Below are positions 1-8,516 of a stretch of 32,000 nt of DNA, one piece after another. Both the position numbers and the translations under genes were made by a program. Source of the DNA: an uncultured Chloroflexia bacterium (GTDB taxonomy: Bacteria; Chloroflexota; Ktedonobacteria; Ktedonobacterales; JADMIN01); contig CAVRAI010000001.1 of NCBI GenBank assembly GCA_963718915.1, positions 420,001 through 452,000 on the forward strand, read 5' to 3'. How positions within the stretch are numbered: position 1 is the stretch's first letter; each line of letters opens with the position of its first letter. The notes beneath the pieces were generated by a model. That model was not told where the DNA came from. It made no database searches and was given only the letters and a program-made list of their open reading frames with translations.

Positions 1-66
1 CATGTACTATGGGTATGTCCTGTAGGCGCTCACACCGCCTTCAGGCACAGGCAGTCTAGGCCTCTT

Positions 67-276
67 CTAGGCTGCCTGCTCGACTTTTCCCCAGCGCTCC
101 GATTGTTGCGCCAGCTTCTCTACTTCCGCGCGGGGAATGAGTTTCACCCGCTTGTCGAGCGGATCCACCTTCACGGTAAAGGCGTTCTCCTCGATCAACG
201 CCGCCATTTTGCGCGGACTAATGCCCAGGTATTCACGTACCTCTTTGGCGGTCATCATTTCGCTGTCGGCTGTCAT
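67..276 (-). CDS. small helix-turn-helix DNA-binding protein (excisionase/MerR-type HTH), 69 aa
   Basis: Distal part of ORF-track frame 67..594(-). The ATG at 274..276 is preceded by AAGGAGGG (complement of 284..291). The product MTADSEMMTAKEVREYLGISPRKMAALIEENAF... follows the excisionase-family HTH pattern. The 106 codons upstream run through an AT-rich promoter-like stretch and look non-coding. Confidence 0.7.
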   Translation of the reverse strand: MTADSEMMTAKEVREYLGISPRKMAALIEENAFTVKVDPLDKRVKLIPRAEVEKLAQQSERWGKVEQAA

Positions 277-332
277 ATGTCCCCTGTCCCTCCTTCGCGT
301 CATGCGCACGTGTGGATGCCGATTGCTTTCAC

Positions 333-361
333 AGCATATCAGATGTGTGTCTATAATGCAA
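333..361 (-). promoter_or_regulatory. candidate sigma70-type promoter for the HTH gene
   Basis: On the minus strand this reads TTGCAT (complement of 356..361), a 17-nt spacer, then TATGCT (complement of 333..338). It lies about 55 nt upstream of the ATG at 276, in the most AT-rich stretch of this region. Pattern match only. Confidence 0.3.
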
Positions 362-921
362 GTAAGATCATCTTTGCTATTGGATACTTCTGATAGTTGG
401 CAATCAACACATAATATGAGGCAATAAGTTACGGTCGATACACGGCCAGGCGGGAGCAGGACAATACAGAAGCATCGCCTTGATGTCGGCGGCGGTTGTA
501 TAGCTTGCCATCGAGCGGTGAGCGCATTTTCAGTTGTTGACGAACTATTAACGACCGAAAGGTGTATGCGGTGGACGGTTATGTTCATGCGCATGCAGGT
601 GTGCGCTCTTCACTGGCGATGCGGCGTTGCATCGAGCAACGAATCGCGCAATAACCACGAATAATCACAGTCTCCAGCCCGATAGATAGGTGCGAGGAAA
701 ACCCATAGAAGCCCGGTAAATCCGGGGCACGGGCTGCCCAAGATCGTTAGATCACTATCGCTGGCACATATCTTGCGCGCTCTAAAACGCCGTGACGATG
801 TTTGGTAGGTATACCATCGATACCATCGTCGCTCAATCGCTTACCGGGCTACGAATGACGACATATGCATGTGCATGTCACATATGCCGCGTAGTCGGGA
901 CACTGAAAGGAGAGGACATTA

Positions 922-1194
922 GTGCTTAACATCCTTGCATGGATTATAGTGGGTGGCATCGCCGGCTGGCTGGCCAGTCTTGTCGTGGAAGGCACAGGTC
1001 TGGGCATCCTGGGCGATATCATCGTCGGCATTGTCGGCGCGCTCATCGGCGGGTTTGTGCTCTCGCTGGTATTGCCAGGCACATTCGGCTTCACTGGCTT
1101 CAGCATCGGCAGCCTGATTGTCGCCTTCATCGGCGCGATCATCCTGCTGCTCATTCTGCGACTGCTGGGCGTTGGCCGTCGCCGCACCGCGTAA
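922..1194 (+). CDS. GlsB/YeaQ/YmgE-family (transglycosylase-associated) small membrane protein, 90 aa
   Basis: GTG start at 922 with GAAAGGAGAG 8-17 nt upstream. The product is glycine-rich with 3 hydrophobic helices (ILAWIIVGGIAGWLAS..GILGDIIVGIVGALIGGF..), typical of this family. Confidence 0.9.
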   Translation: MLNILAWIIVGGIAGWLASLVVEGTGLGILGDIIVGIVGALIGGFVLSLVLPGTFGFTGFSIGSLIVAFIGAIILLLILRLLGVGRRRTA

Positions 1195-1253
1195 CGAACG
1201 GCAACAAAGTATAACGGGTGAGATGTGCTCGCCATATAACCTGTGATAGTGGC

Positions 1254-1282
1254 AAAGCCGCTGGTTCAGTGCCAGCGGCTTT
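1254..1282. terminator. perfect 11-bp stem hairpin between convergent genes (possible bidirectional terminator)
   Basis: AAAGCCGCTGG (1254..1264), loop TTCAGTG, CCAGCGGCTTT (1272..1282). It lies between the stop of 922..1194(+) and the stop of 1333..1896(-). The A/T runs form part of the stem ends. Confidence 0.5.
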
Positions 1283-1332
1283 CGTCGTCCAGGGGGAAGA
1301 TGGCGATCAGATCGAACGATCACCGTGTCATA

Positions 1333-1896
1333 TCAGGACGCGCGACGAAGAGGAGTGATGCTCACACCGAGATGGCTCAACTGGAGCAGGGCCGTGCGAC
1401 GCACCTCCTCCGCCGACTGCTCGCCCAGCAACTCGTGCCGCCAGGGATAGCCGCCCGTGCCATCGGGATCGATGGAGACACGCAGCCCGCGCATCAACGC
1501 CTCGCGCGCCGTCGTCGAGACGCACATATGCGCGAAGAAGCCGACGATCAGCACATCGTCAGACCCCTGCTGCTCCAGCCAGGAGCCAATATCCGTCCCG
1601 GTGAACGCGCCAAACACGTCTTTGACGAACTCGGCCTCCTCGCTCCGGTCCGCCAGCGGCCCCAGACCGGGCGAGAATTCCGCGCCCCATGTGCCGGGAA
1701 TGAAGGCTGGTGGTGATTTTGGTGTGACCTCGCCGGGCCTGTTGTGGTGGCGCACCCAGGCGATTGGCCTGCCTTCACGGCGCGCCTCATCCACCCGGCG
1801 CAGAATCGTCTCCAGCGCCTGGGCGTGGTTGAGTACGGGCCGGTTGCCCTCTGCTGAGAATTCGTTCTGCGCGTCGACAACGATCAGCGTTTGCAT
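1333..1896 (-). CDS. isochorismatase-family cysteine hydrolase, 187 aa
   Basis: Full ORF. The N-terminus LIVVDAQNEF and the later VLIVGFFAHMCVSTTAREA (catalytic Cys context) are hallmark isochorismatase/nicotinamidase-family motifs. Confidence 0.9.
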   Translation of the reverse strand: MQTLIVVDAQNEFSAEGNRPVLNHAQALETILRRVDEARREGRPIAWVRHHNRPGEVTPKSPPAFIPGTWGAEFSPGLGPLADRSEEAEFVKDVFGAFTGTDIGSWLEQQGSDDVLIVGFFAHMCVSTTAREALMRGLRVSIDPDGTGGYPWRHELLGEQSAEEVRRTALLQLSHLGVSITPLRRAS

Positions 1897-1982
1897 GACC
1901 TTCCTCCGATTCGGGTGTGTTGCCAGAAAATTGACGGATATCTACCGGCACAAGTATGATACCTTTCGGAGGAATACGCAAA

Positions 1983-2468
1983 ATGACCGAAAATATTTCG
2001 GATTCCCGCGCGGGCGCTCGTGCGCTGGATCGCATCGATCAACTGCTGCTGGCGGCGCTCCAGGCGGAGGGACGGCTGCGGCTGGAGGATCTCGCCCGGC
2101 GGGTGGAACTGGCGCCATCCTCGGTGCATGACCGGCTGCGGCGGTTGCAGCGCGATGGCGTCATCCGGCGCTGGACGATTGATGTCGCGCCGGAGGCGTT
2201 GGGCTTCTCGGTGCTGGCATACGTGGGGGTGCGGGCGTCGCGGCCATGCTCCGAGCTGGTGGGGACGCTGGAGCAGATCCGCGAGATCGAGGAGTTTCAC
2301 GCGGTGGCGGGCCAGCTCAGCTTCATCCTGAAGGTACATGCAATCAATACGGAACACCTGCTCCAACTCATCGAACGCCTCAAGCAGATCCCTGGCATCG
2401 AGGGCACCGAGACGACGGTGGTGCTGAAGACGCATCTCGAACGCGGGCCAGCGGTGAAGTCACCATAA
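1983..2468 (+). CDS. Lrp/AsnC-family transcriptional regulator, 161 aa
   Basis: In-frame ATG at 1983 (MTENIS...). N-terminal HTH_AsnC pattern LDRIDQLLLAALQAEGRLRLEDLARRVELAPSSVHDRLRRLQRDGVI, followed by an AsnC/RAM ligand domain. Divergent from the hydrolase gene. Confidence 0.88.
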   Translation: MTENISDSRAGARALDRIDQLLLAALQAEGRLRLEDLARRVELAPSSVHDRLRRLQRDGVIRRWTIDVAPEALGFSVLAYVGVRASRPCSELVGTLEQIREIEEFHAVAGQLSFILKVHAINTEHLLQLIERLKQIPGIEGTETTVVLKTHLERGPAVKSP

Positions 2469-2483
2469 GCGCGTTTGTGCTGG

Positions 2484-3155
2484 TCAGAGGATATTGACGG
2501 AGCGCGCGACCAGTAGGGCGATAATGGTAATCGAGATCAGCGCCTCGGACATCATCAGCAGCTTCGCCCGTGGCGTCAGCGGCGCGGTATCGGCGGGGCT
2601 GAGCGCGGTGGCAAAGCCGAACGCCAGGAAGAGATAGTCCACGAAGCCGGGCGCGAATGGTCGGCCTGTCGCCTGCTGCGGGAAGAGGAAGTCTGTCGCT
2701 GGATGGCCGTGCTGGTGGCGATGAACCGGGCCATCCCCGTCAAGCTCCCAATACCAGACGGCGAAGATGAGGATATTGCTGACCCAGAGCAGCGCGCCCG
2801 CCCGCAGCAGGCCGCCCGCCGCGAGCGCATTCTGGAAACTAGAATCGGGTAGGTGGATGACGAGCAGCGCGACCGAGCTTAACAGCGCGGCGGTCAGCAG
2901 GATCTGTATGCCAGCGCGCGTCCGGCGGGCAATATGATATTTGGGGCGCTCGAAGAAGCCGATGATAACGAGTGGTCCCAGCACCGCCACGGAGATCGCG
3001 AGCGGCAACCAGTTTGGCCCGACAGTCAGCTCCCCTGGCAGCCCCAGAAACGCCACGCCGATGGCGAACGCCGCCAGGGTTTCCAGCAGAACCTGCGGAC
3101 GCAGCCCGGTGGGAGTCGTATGGCGCCCGTCGGCTGGACGCTTCTCGGTGCTCAT
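2484..3155 (-). CDS. integral membrane protein, DUF1345-like, 223 aa
   Basis: ORF-track frame 2484..3218(-); start chosen at the ATG 3153..3155 (MSTEKRP...). Several TM helices. The C-terminal pattern FVDYLFLAFGFATALSPADTAPLTPRAKLLMMSEALIS...ARSVNIL resembles DUF1345-type proteins. Family assignment is from memory only. Confidence 0.7.
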   Translation of the reverse strand: MSTEKRPADGRHTTPTGLRPQVLLETLAAFAIGVAFLGLPGELTVGPNWLPLAISVAVLGPLVIIGFFERPKYHIARRTRAGIQILLTAALLSSVALLVIHLPDSSFQNALAAGGLLRAGALLWVSNILIFAVWYWELDGDGPVHRHQHGHPATDFLFPQQATGRPFAPGFVDYLFLAFGFATALSPADTAPLTPRAKLLMMSEALISITIIALLVARSVNIL

Positions 3156-3241
3156 GATGCCCCCTTTCGCTCGTATCCGCATTTTTATAAGCATATACGA
3201 TACACGCGATGGGAGCAAGCGGTCGCTACGTCGTCACATCT

Positions 3242-3445
3242 TCATGCGCTCGGCGCGCGACGGCGTCCGATCCCAGCGCCGACCCCGAGCAGCGCCAACC
3301 CGATGATTGCCAGAATGGGGCCGATGATTGCCCACATTGGTTGGCCACTCATACCGCTTCCCTTGAGGACGTTCAGCCCTTGCAACGTCCAGACGACGCC
3401 GACCAGCACCGCAAGCACACCGAGGATCAGCCAGGCCCATCGCAT
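3242..3445 (-). CDS. small two-helix membrane protein, 67 aa
   Basis: ATG at 3443..3445 with GAGGAG upstream on the minus strand. Two clear hydrophobic helices and a basic C-terminal tail. Same strand as 2484..3155, immediately upstream of it. Confidence 0.6.
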   Translation of the reverse strand: MRWAWLILGVLAVLVGVVWTLQGLNVLKGSGMSGQPMWAIIGPILAIIGLALLGVGAGIGRRRAPSA

Positions 3446-3695
3446 AGGAATACTCCTCTATTTCTCCGGAAGAACACATGCCGCTATGTTGCTCTACGTT
3501 GCGGGTTACAGCGCCTCTGTCGTCCTTGGCCCTGCGTTCGGAGTATAGCATAGGCCGGGGAGGGTCACCGCTATCGCGTTGTGGAGATACTCTGGCGACG
3601 CATGCTGTTTGCACGGCTGGACTGGTATGGTACACTGGCGCAAGCAACTCGTCTTGCCAGGCATCTTGGCGCCAACACAGGAAAGTGAGTCTGCC

Positions 3696-4169
3696 ATGAG
3701 CAACCAGCCACCGTACGATCAACCACCGTACAATCCTCAATACCCACCGGCGGGTGGCTATCCTCCTCAGCAGGGCGGTTATCCTCCTCAGCAGGGCGGT
3801 TATCCTCCTCAGCAGGGCGCGTATCCTCCTCAGCAGGGTGGGTACTATCCCGCGCCAGATGCGTACCAGCAGCCCCAGCCTTATGGCTACCCTGGCGCGC
3901 CAGTGGCGCAGCCCGAAAAAGGCGGCGGTTTCGCGATTGCGGGGCTGATTCTTGGCATTGTCAGTATTCCCGCTGCGCTGATCCCGATTTGCGGCTTCAT
4001 CGTTGCTGTCCTGGGACTGGTGTTTAGCATCCTTGGACGCCGCGCTCTCTCGAAGCGCACGATGGCGACGATTGGGATCGTCCTATCGGTTATTGGCTTT
4101 GTACTCTGCCATCATCAACGCAGTGGCAGGCGTCGTGCTGATGTTGAGCCAGCACTAACAAAGGTTTGA
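3696..4169 (+). CDS. proline/glutamine-rich DUF4190-like membrane protein, 157 aa as written; probable frameshift near the 3' end
   Basis: ATG at 3696 (MSNQPPYDQPPY...). GYPPQQG repeats are followed by a hydrophobic GFAIAGLILGIVSIPAALIPICGFIVAVLGLVFSILG region typical of DUF4190. The second helix breaks off at about 4105 and continues in the +1 frame (see findings). Confidence 0.75.
   Translation: MSNQPPYDQPPYNPQYPPAGGYPPQQGGYPPQQGGYPPQQGAYPPQQGGYYPAPDAYQQPQPYGYPGAPVAQPEKGGGFAIAGLILGIVSIPAALIPICGFIVAVLGLVFSILGRRALSKRTMATIGIVLSVIGFVLCHHQRSGRRRADVEPALTKV
3756..3839 (+). repeat. 4 tandem copies of a 21-bp unit (GGYTATCCTCCTCAGCAGGGC) inside the CDS
   Basis: Copies at 3756..3776, 3777..3797, 3798..3818 and 3819..3839. 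They differ at 1-3 positions and encode (G)GYPPQQG x4. Confidence 0.95.
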
Positions 4170-4183
4170 TGGCGAACAACGAG

Positions 4184-4229
4184 GCCCAGGCGCGAAGCGT
4201 TCTTCACGACCTGGGCTGTTTGTGTTCTC
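4184..4229 (+). terminator. rho-independent terminator candidate
   Basis: GCCCAGG (4184..4190) pairs with CCTGGGC (4210..4216), with an inner GAAG/CTTC pairing. It is followed by TGTTTGTGTTCTC, and starts 15 nt after the stop at 4169. Confidence 0.5.
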
Positions 4230-4278
4230 AAGATTCTGATACCAAATCCGGCTACGTTGTTGTCGTTGGGGAGCGCGT

Positions 4279-4354
4279 CGTGGCCTGAAGGCCACGGCGA
4301 ATGGGCGGAGAAATTCGCCGTAGCGTTCACGCTACGCCCTGTCCCCGAAGGACA
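4279..4354. repeat. cluster of three short tetraloop-type hairpins (REP-like)
   Basis: CGTGGCC-TGAA-GGCCACG (4279..4296), CGTAGCG-TTCA-CGCTACG (4319..4336) and TGTCC-CCGAA-GGACA (4340..4354). The 24 nt at 4313..4336 (ATTCGCCGTAGCGTTCACGCTACG) recur exactly at 19856..19879. Confidence 0.8.
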
Positions 4355-4521
4355 ACACTCCACACGAAATTGGTATGAAACGTGAATAATGGTTAGCTGG
4401 GTCGTGCCGCCCTTAAGGATGAGATCCGAGCATCCGCGCGGCACGTTCGCCACGGCGCTTCCTGGTATACCATGGCATGGCGCTTGCCTGGCACGACGCA
4501 TCCGGCGGAGCAGATAGTCCA

Positions 4522-5073
4522 TTAGGGCTTCTGCGTTTCAAGATCGGGCGTGGGGTCAGGGCTATCGGCGGTTTGCGCATCATCAGGCGCGTTATCAGGC
4601 TCATCAACAGGCGCCGCCCGCTCGGTCGCCACTGGTTTGGTGACCGCGAGCAGCAGGTATCCAGCGGTGAGTGGGAAGACATTGAGCAGCAGCACCACCC
4701 AGGCGAACGTGAAGGTGGGTTTGAACAAAATCTGGGTGGTGGGTGGCATGCGGATCATCAGGATGATAACCAGGGTGGGCACGACCAGCACGAGCCATTG
4801 CAGGCGCTGCGCCATCCGCAGCACGTATTCGGTCGATGAGTTTGTCGCAATGGAGAGACTCCGACGGTGGGCGACGGCAATTTGCAGGAAGAGATCCAGC
4901 ACCAACACGGTCTGGAGCAACGCGAGCACGATCAGCAGGTGGGCGATATCCTCTCCCGTTCCCAGCTCGCCACGTGTGAAGATACGCGCATAGATCACGC
5001 CCGCGGCTACCAGCGCCCCAATGATGGGGACAAGCGCGAGTGGGTTGCCGCGTATGCGCATCCAGGGAATCAT
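4522..5073 (-). CDS. hypothetical polytopic membrane protein, 183 aa
   Basis: ORF-track frame 4522..5115(-); start chosen at the ATG 5071..5073, preceded by GGAGGA with a 7-nt spacer. Four or five hydrophobic helices and an acidic/proline-rich C-terminal tail. No recognisable family. Confidence 0.65.
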   Translation of the reverse strand: MIPWMRIRGNPLALVPIIGALVAAGVIYARIFTRGELGTGEDIAHLLIVLALLQTVLVLDLFLQIAVAHRRSLSIATNSSTEYVLRMAQRLQWLVLVVPTLVIILMIRMPPTTQILFKPTFTFAWVVLLLNVFPLTAGYLLLAVTKPVATERAAPVDEPDNAPDDAQTADSPDPTPDLETQKP

Positions 5074-5260
5074 GCGTTCTTCCTCCGTGATCCATGTGAG
5101 CTTCGTGCAAGCCACTATGCCTCTGAATGTCTCTACGCGACCAGCTAGACGCGATCAGCGCCGACACTCAGCGTCCAGTATAGCAGACGTGCCAGGGTGT
5201 GGCACAGCCACGGGCTATCGTGGCTACTCTGAGAGCTTCCAGGTGGAGCATAAGCCCAGA

Positions 5261-6436
5261 TCAGGACGATGTGAAGGTGATGGGCAGGTTTTTGACGCCG
5301 TAGACAATCGAGCTTTCCATCCAGCGGATAAGCGCGTCGGGGATGCGGCGGATGTCACGGAAGCGGGCCGTCAGCGCTTCGAGGGCGAGGCGAGCCTCCA
5401 GGCGGGCGAGCGGCGCGCCGAGACAGAAGTGGACGCCGTAGCCGAAGGCGAGATGCCGATTGGGCGCGCGCGTGATGTCGAAGACGTGGGCATCAGTGAA
5501 CCGGGCTTCATCACGGTTGGCGGAGCCGATCCAGGCGACGACGGGCTGGCCAGGGCGCGTGCGGACGCCGCCGAGGTCGGTCTCGCCCGTGGCTGAGCGG
5601 AACATCGACTGAACCGGTGAGCGGTAGCGCAGGACCTCTTCGATGGCGCCGGGGATGAGATCGGGCTGCGCGCGCAGGCGTTCGTAGACCTCAGGCTGCT
5701 CGTCGAAGCAGAGGATAGCATTGCCAAGCAGGTTGGTGGTCGTCTCGTTGCCAGCCACGAGCAGCAGCACACAGAAGCCGATCAATTCCATTGGGGTGAG
5801 TTGCTGGCCGTCGATCTCGGCGGCGATGAGATGGCTGATGAGGTCGTCGCGTGGCTCGGCGCTGCGTTCGGCGATGAGGCTGCTGAAGAACTGCGCCATC
5901 TCGCGCTGTGCGCCCATAAAGGTCAGGCCACCATCGGCAGGCGCCACGGCGGTCGAGACGATGGCGTCCGACCAACGTTTGAAGCGGACACGCTCGGAGG
6001 TCGGAATACCAAGCATTTCGGCGATGACAATAACCGGCAGCGGATCGGCAAACTCTGTGATGAAGTCCATGCGACCAGCAGCGGCGACCGCATCGAGTAG
6101 CTCGTCGATGATCGTCGTGATGCGCGGGGCAAGCTGAGCGATGGCTCGTGGGGTGAACGCCTGGGTGACGAGGTTGCGGAGCTGGCGGTGACGCGGCGGA
6201 TCAGAGCTAATGAGGCTGGCGTTCAGCGCCGACGAGGTGTCGCGCGGGCTGCGCTCGGACGAGAAGGCCTCGTAGTCGGAGAGGGCGCGTTGCACGTCGT
6301 CGTAGCAAAAGACCGAGAGCACGCCGGAGTTGGGGTCCACCCAGGCAGGGGCGTCGCGCCGCATCTGCTCGTACCAGGGGAAGGGATTGAACGCCTGCCC
6401 ACGGGGATCGTCCGGGCGTTGTGCCGATGGCTCCAT
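5261..6436 (-). CDS. cytochrome P450 monooxygenase, 391 aa
   Basis: ORF-track frame 5261..6514(-); start at the ATG 6434..6436, preceded by AAGGAG. Heme-binding loop FGYGVHFCLGAPLAR, EVLRY (ExxR) and AGNETT (I-helix) motifs are present. Confidence 0.93.
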   Translation of the reverse strand: MEPSAQRPDDPRGQAFNPFPWYEQMRRDAPAWVDPNSGVLSVFCYDDVQRALSDYEAFSSERSPRDTSSALNASLISSDPPRHRQLRNLVTQAFTPRAIAQLAPRITTIIDELLDAVAAAGRMDFITEFADPLPVIVIAEMLGIPTSERVRFKRWSDAIVSTAVAPADGGLTFMGAQREMAQFFSSLIAERSAEPRDDLISHLIAAEIDGQQLTPMELIGFCVLLLVAGNETTTNLLGNAILCFDEQPEVYERLRAQPDLIPGAIEEVLRYRSPVQSMFRSATGETDLGGVRTRPGQPVVAWIGSANRDEARFTDAHVFDITRAPNRHLAFGYGVHFCLGAPLARLEARLALEALTARFRDIRRIPDALIRWMESSIVYGVKNLPITFTSS

Positions 6437-6637
6437 GTTCGTGTTGACTCCTTCGTTGGGGAGGATAGCAAGCGTTGCGCATGCAGGCGCCGCGATATTG
6501 CCCCGCACCGTCACTGCGCCTACTGTAGCACGTCACGAGTGGAGATGCGAAGGCCGCCATGAAGCGCGTAGGACATCAGTGCCGCATCAGTGCTGGCCGC
6601 CGGAAAATGGGCCGTGCGCGTCAGGAGACGCCTCGCG

Positions 6638-6674
6638 GAAAATGCGGAAGCCGCCCAAGCATGAGCGGCTTCCG
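6638..6674 (-). terminator. rho-independent terminator of the glycosidase gene
   Basis: 10-bp stem CGGAAGCCGC (6645..6654) / GCGGCTTCCG (6665..6674). On the minus strand it is followed by ATTTT (complement of 6638..6643). It lies 28 nt downstream of the stop at 6702. Confidence 0.6.
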
Positions 6675-6701
6675 GCTCGTATCTCTTTGTCTCCTCGTAC
6701 G

Positions 6702-8516
6702 CTACTTGATGGTTACCGCATCGAGCTTGATGTCCATCGCCGACGAGCCATCCGAGCCGATGGAGCCGAACTGATAGCCGCTTATCCCGCCGCCACCTTT
6801 GGCGGTCGCGATGCCCGTTGCCGAGCAGGCTACCGCGCCGTCAATGCTCAGGCTGAAACCGCCTTTCGTGCCAGTGCCCAGCGTGTAGTCGAGGCTGTAG
6901 GTGTGCCACGCTCCATAGAACTGCGTCGGCAACTGGCAGGAGTGCCAGTGATAGGCGCCATCGTAGACCTCAAGTTCTTTGTAGCCACTTGTCGCGTTAT
7001 AGGTGAGCCAGAGGCCGCCCGCGAAGTAGCCACGAGTCGAGCGCAGTTGCAGCAGTTGCATCATCCCGCTGCCAGAGGCGCCCGAGAGCTTCAACGCGAA
7101 GTTGACCGTCGTCGATGGCGCGCCCTGCGCCATGTCTGCTTCGATGTAGACGTCGCCTTGATGCGCGTGCTTCGCCATCTCCATCGCATACGAGCCGCTA
7201 TAGGCATCCGCTGACTCGGCCTGGAGCGTGTTGCTTCCCGCGGCCTGATGCGCCGTCCATGCGCCCGCATTGCCCGCCTCGAAGCCGTCGCCAAAGTCAC
7301 CGCGCGCTGGTGGCGTAGGAGTCGGTGGCGCCGGTGAGGTGGGCGAAGTCGGCGGGGTCGGCGTTGGCGCCGATGGCGAGGTCGGTGGGGTTGGCGTTGG
7401 CATCGAGCCAGCCGGTGGGACAATCGGCGTACTGCTCCCGCGCACCCGCGCGATTTCCCCGGCAAAGGCCGTCCAGGTTGCAAAGGGCTTCCCGCCGTTA
7501 TAGATGTCGAACAGGTCGTCGGCGCCGTAGTTGCCATACTGCGAGATGTCGTACTCCATCGCGCCCGCGAGTCCCGACTGCTCGATACTTTGCAGCGCCG
7601 CGGTTACGAACTGCGCGTCCCAGCTCCGGTCATTCATAAAGGTTGGGTTGCCCGGATCGGCATTCCACTCGGAGCAGATCACTGGCAGCGCGTGGCCGAA
7701 AATCTGCTGCACCCAGCCCGTCACCTGTTGGGCCGCGCTGGCGAACGACCCGGCCAGCGCGAGGCACTGACTGGCGCTGTTGTTCCAGCAGGGATACCAG
7801 TGATAGGTCACGAAATCGGGCAGGACACCAGAGGCCTGCATACCGATCATCACTTTTTGCAGGAAGCAGGTTGAGCCGCTCGACGTATACGTGCATTCGT
7901 TGCCCTGGTTGTTGTAGTCCGCTGGGCCGCCGAATCTGGCATTCGGATCAATCGCGCGCGCCTGCGGGACGAAGCTGTTCCAGAACGCGAGGTACTGCGT
8001 GCTGTTCACATTCTCGATGTCTGGCTCGTTCATGACTTCGTACAGTTCGCACTTGCCCTTGAGCAGCGTGACCAGGTGCAGGTCATAGGCGACGGTGTTG
8101 CGGGTGGGCAGGTTCGCGAAGCATACCGCGCCACTGTTGGCGACCGCCTGCCACTTCTGCAATTGCTCGGCATCGGAGAGCGCATGATTGTCGACCAGTG
8201 AGTTCTGGAAGAACCACGCGCGGATGATCGGCATCCCTGCCGCTTTGAGCGCGCTCTGAATGGGCGCAGCGTCGGGGCTGGTATCCATGTTGTACTGCGT
8301 GTCCCAGTTGACGCCGTCGTTGGCGCCAAAGTTAAAGCTCGGTACGCCATTCCAGAGGGTCTCGCCCGGCAGCGGTGTCGCTGCGCTACTCCCTGCCGCG
8401 GCATTGGCGGCTGGCGCTGGCAGGTTCATGGCTCCGAAGCCGATGACCGCCAGAACGACCACGAACGCTGCACGCAATCGAACGCTGATGTGCGCGTGTT
8501 TTCCCATCTGCCCCAT
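6702..8516 (-). CDS. secreted clan GH-A (GH5/GH39-like TIM-barrel) glycoside hydrolase with PT linker and C-terminal lectin/ConA-like domain, 604 aa
   Basis: The N-terminal signal peptide has an AANAAA cleavage context. YEVMNEPD (acid/base Glu context) and ICSEWN (nucleophile Glu context) are typical of clan GH-A. A PTPTPPTSPSAPTPTPP linker precedes a beta-rich about 200-aa C-terminal domain. The exact GH family is not assignable by eye. Confidence 0.8.
   Translation of the reverse strand: MGQMGKHAHISVRLRAAFVVVLAVIGFGAMNLPAPAANAAAGSSAATPLPGETLWNGVPSFNFGANDGVNWDTQYNMDTSPDAAPIQSALKAAGMPIIRAWFFQNSLVDNHALSDAEQLQKWQAVANSGAVCFANLPTRNTVAYDLHLVTLLKGKCELYEVMNEPDIENVNSTQYLAFWNSFVPQARAIDPNARFGGPADYNNQGNECTYTSSGSTCFLQKVMIGMQASGVLPDFVTYHWYPCWNNSASQCLALAGSFASAAQQVTGWVQQIFGHALPVICSEWNADPGNPTFMNDRSWDAQFVTAALQSIEQSGLAGAMEYDISQYGNYGADDLFDIYNGGKPFATWTAFAGEIARVRGSSTPIVPPAGSMPTPTPPTSPSAPTPTPPTSPTSPAPPTPTPPARGDFGDGFEAGNAGAWTAHQAAGSNTLQAESADAYSGSYAMEMAKHAHQGDVYIEADMAQGAPSTTVNFALKLSGASGSGMMQLLQLRSTRGYFAGGLWLTYNATSGYKELEVYDGAYHWHSCQLPTQFYGAWHTYSLDYTLGTGTKGGFSLSIDGAVACSATGIATAKGGGGISGYQFGSIGSDGSSAMDIKLDAVTIK

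Noticed and set aside
67-594. Full-length 175-aa version of the HTH ORF
   Set aside because: The N-terminal 106 codons are Cys/Ser/Thr/Ile-rich and cross an AT-rich promoter-like segment. There is no RBS at 594, whereas the internal ATG at 276 has AAGGAGGG and yields a standard-size HTH protein.
4115-4682. ORFs 4115..4522(-) and 4413..4682(-) in the gap after the DUF4190 gene
   Set aside because: They span the terminator and the REP-like hairpin cluster, or overlap the 3' end of the 4522..5073 gene out of frame. No RBS and no motif.
6330-7214. 294-aa plus-strand ORF overlapping the P450 start and the glycosidase 3' end
   Set aside because: It is antisense to two well-supported genes and crosses their intergenic terminator. 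The product is Arg/Ala-rich with no motif.
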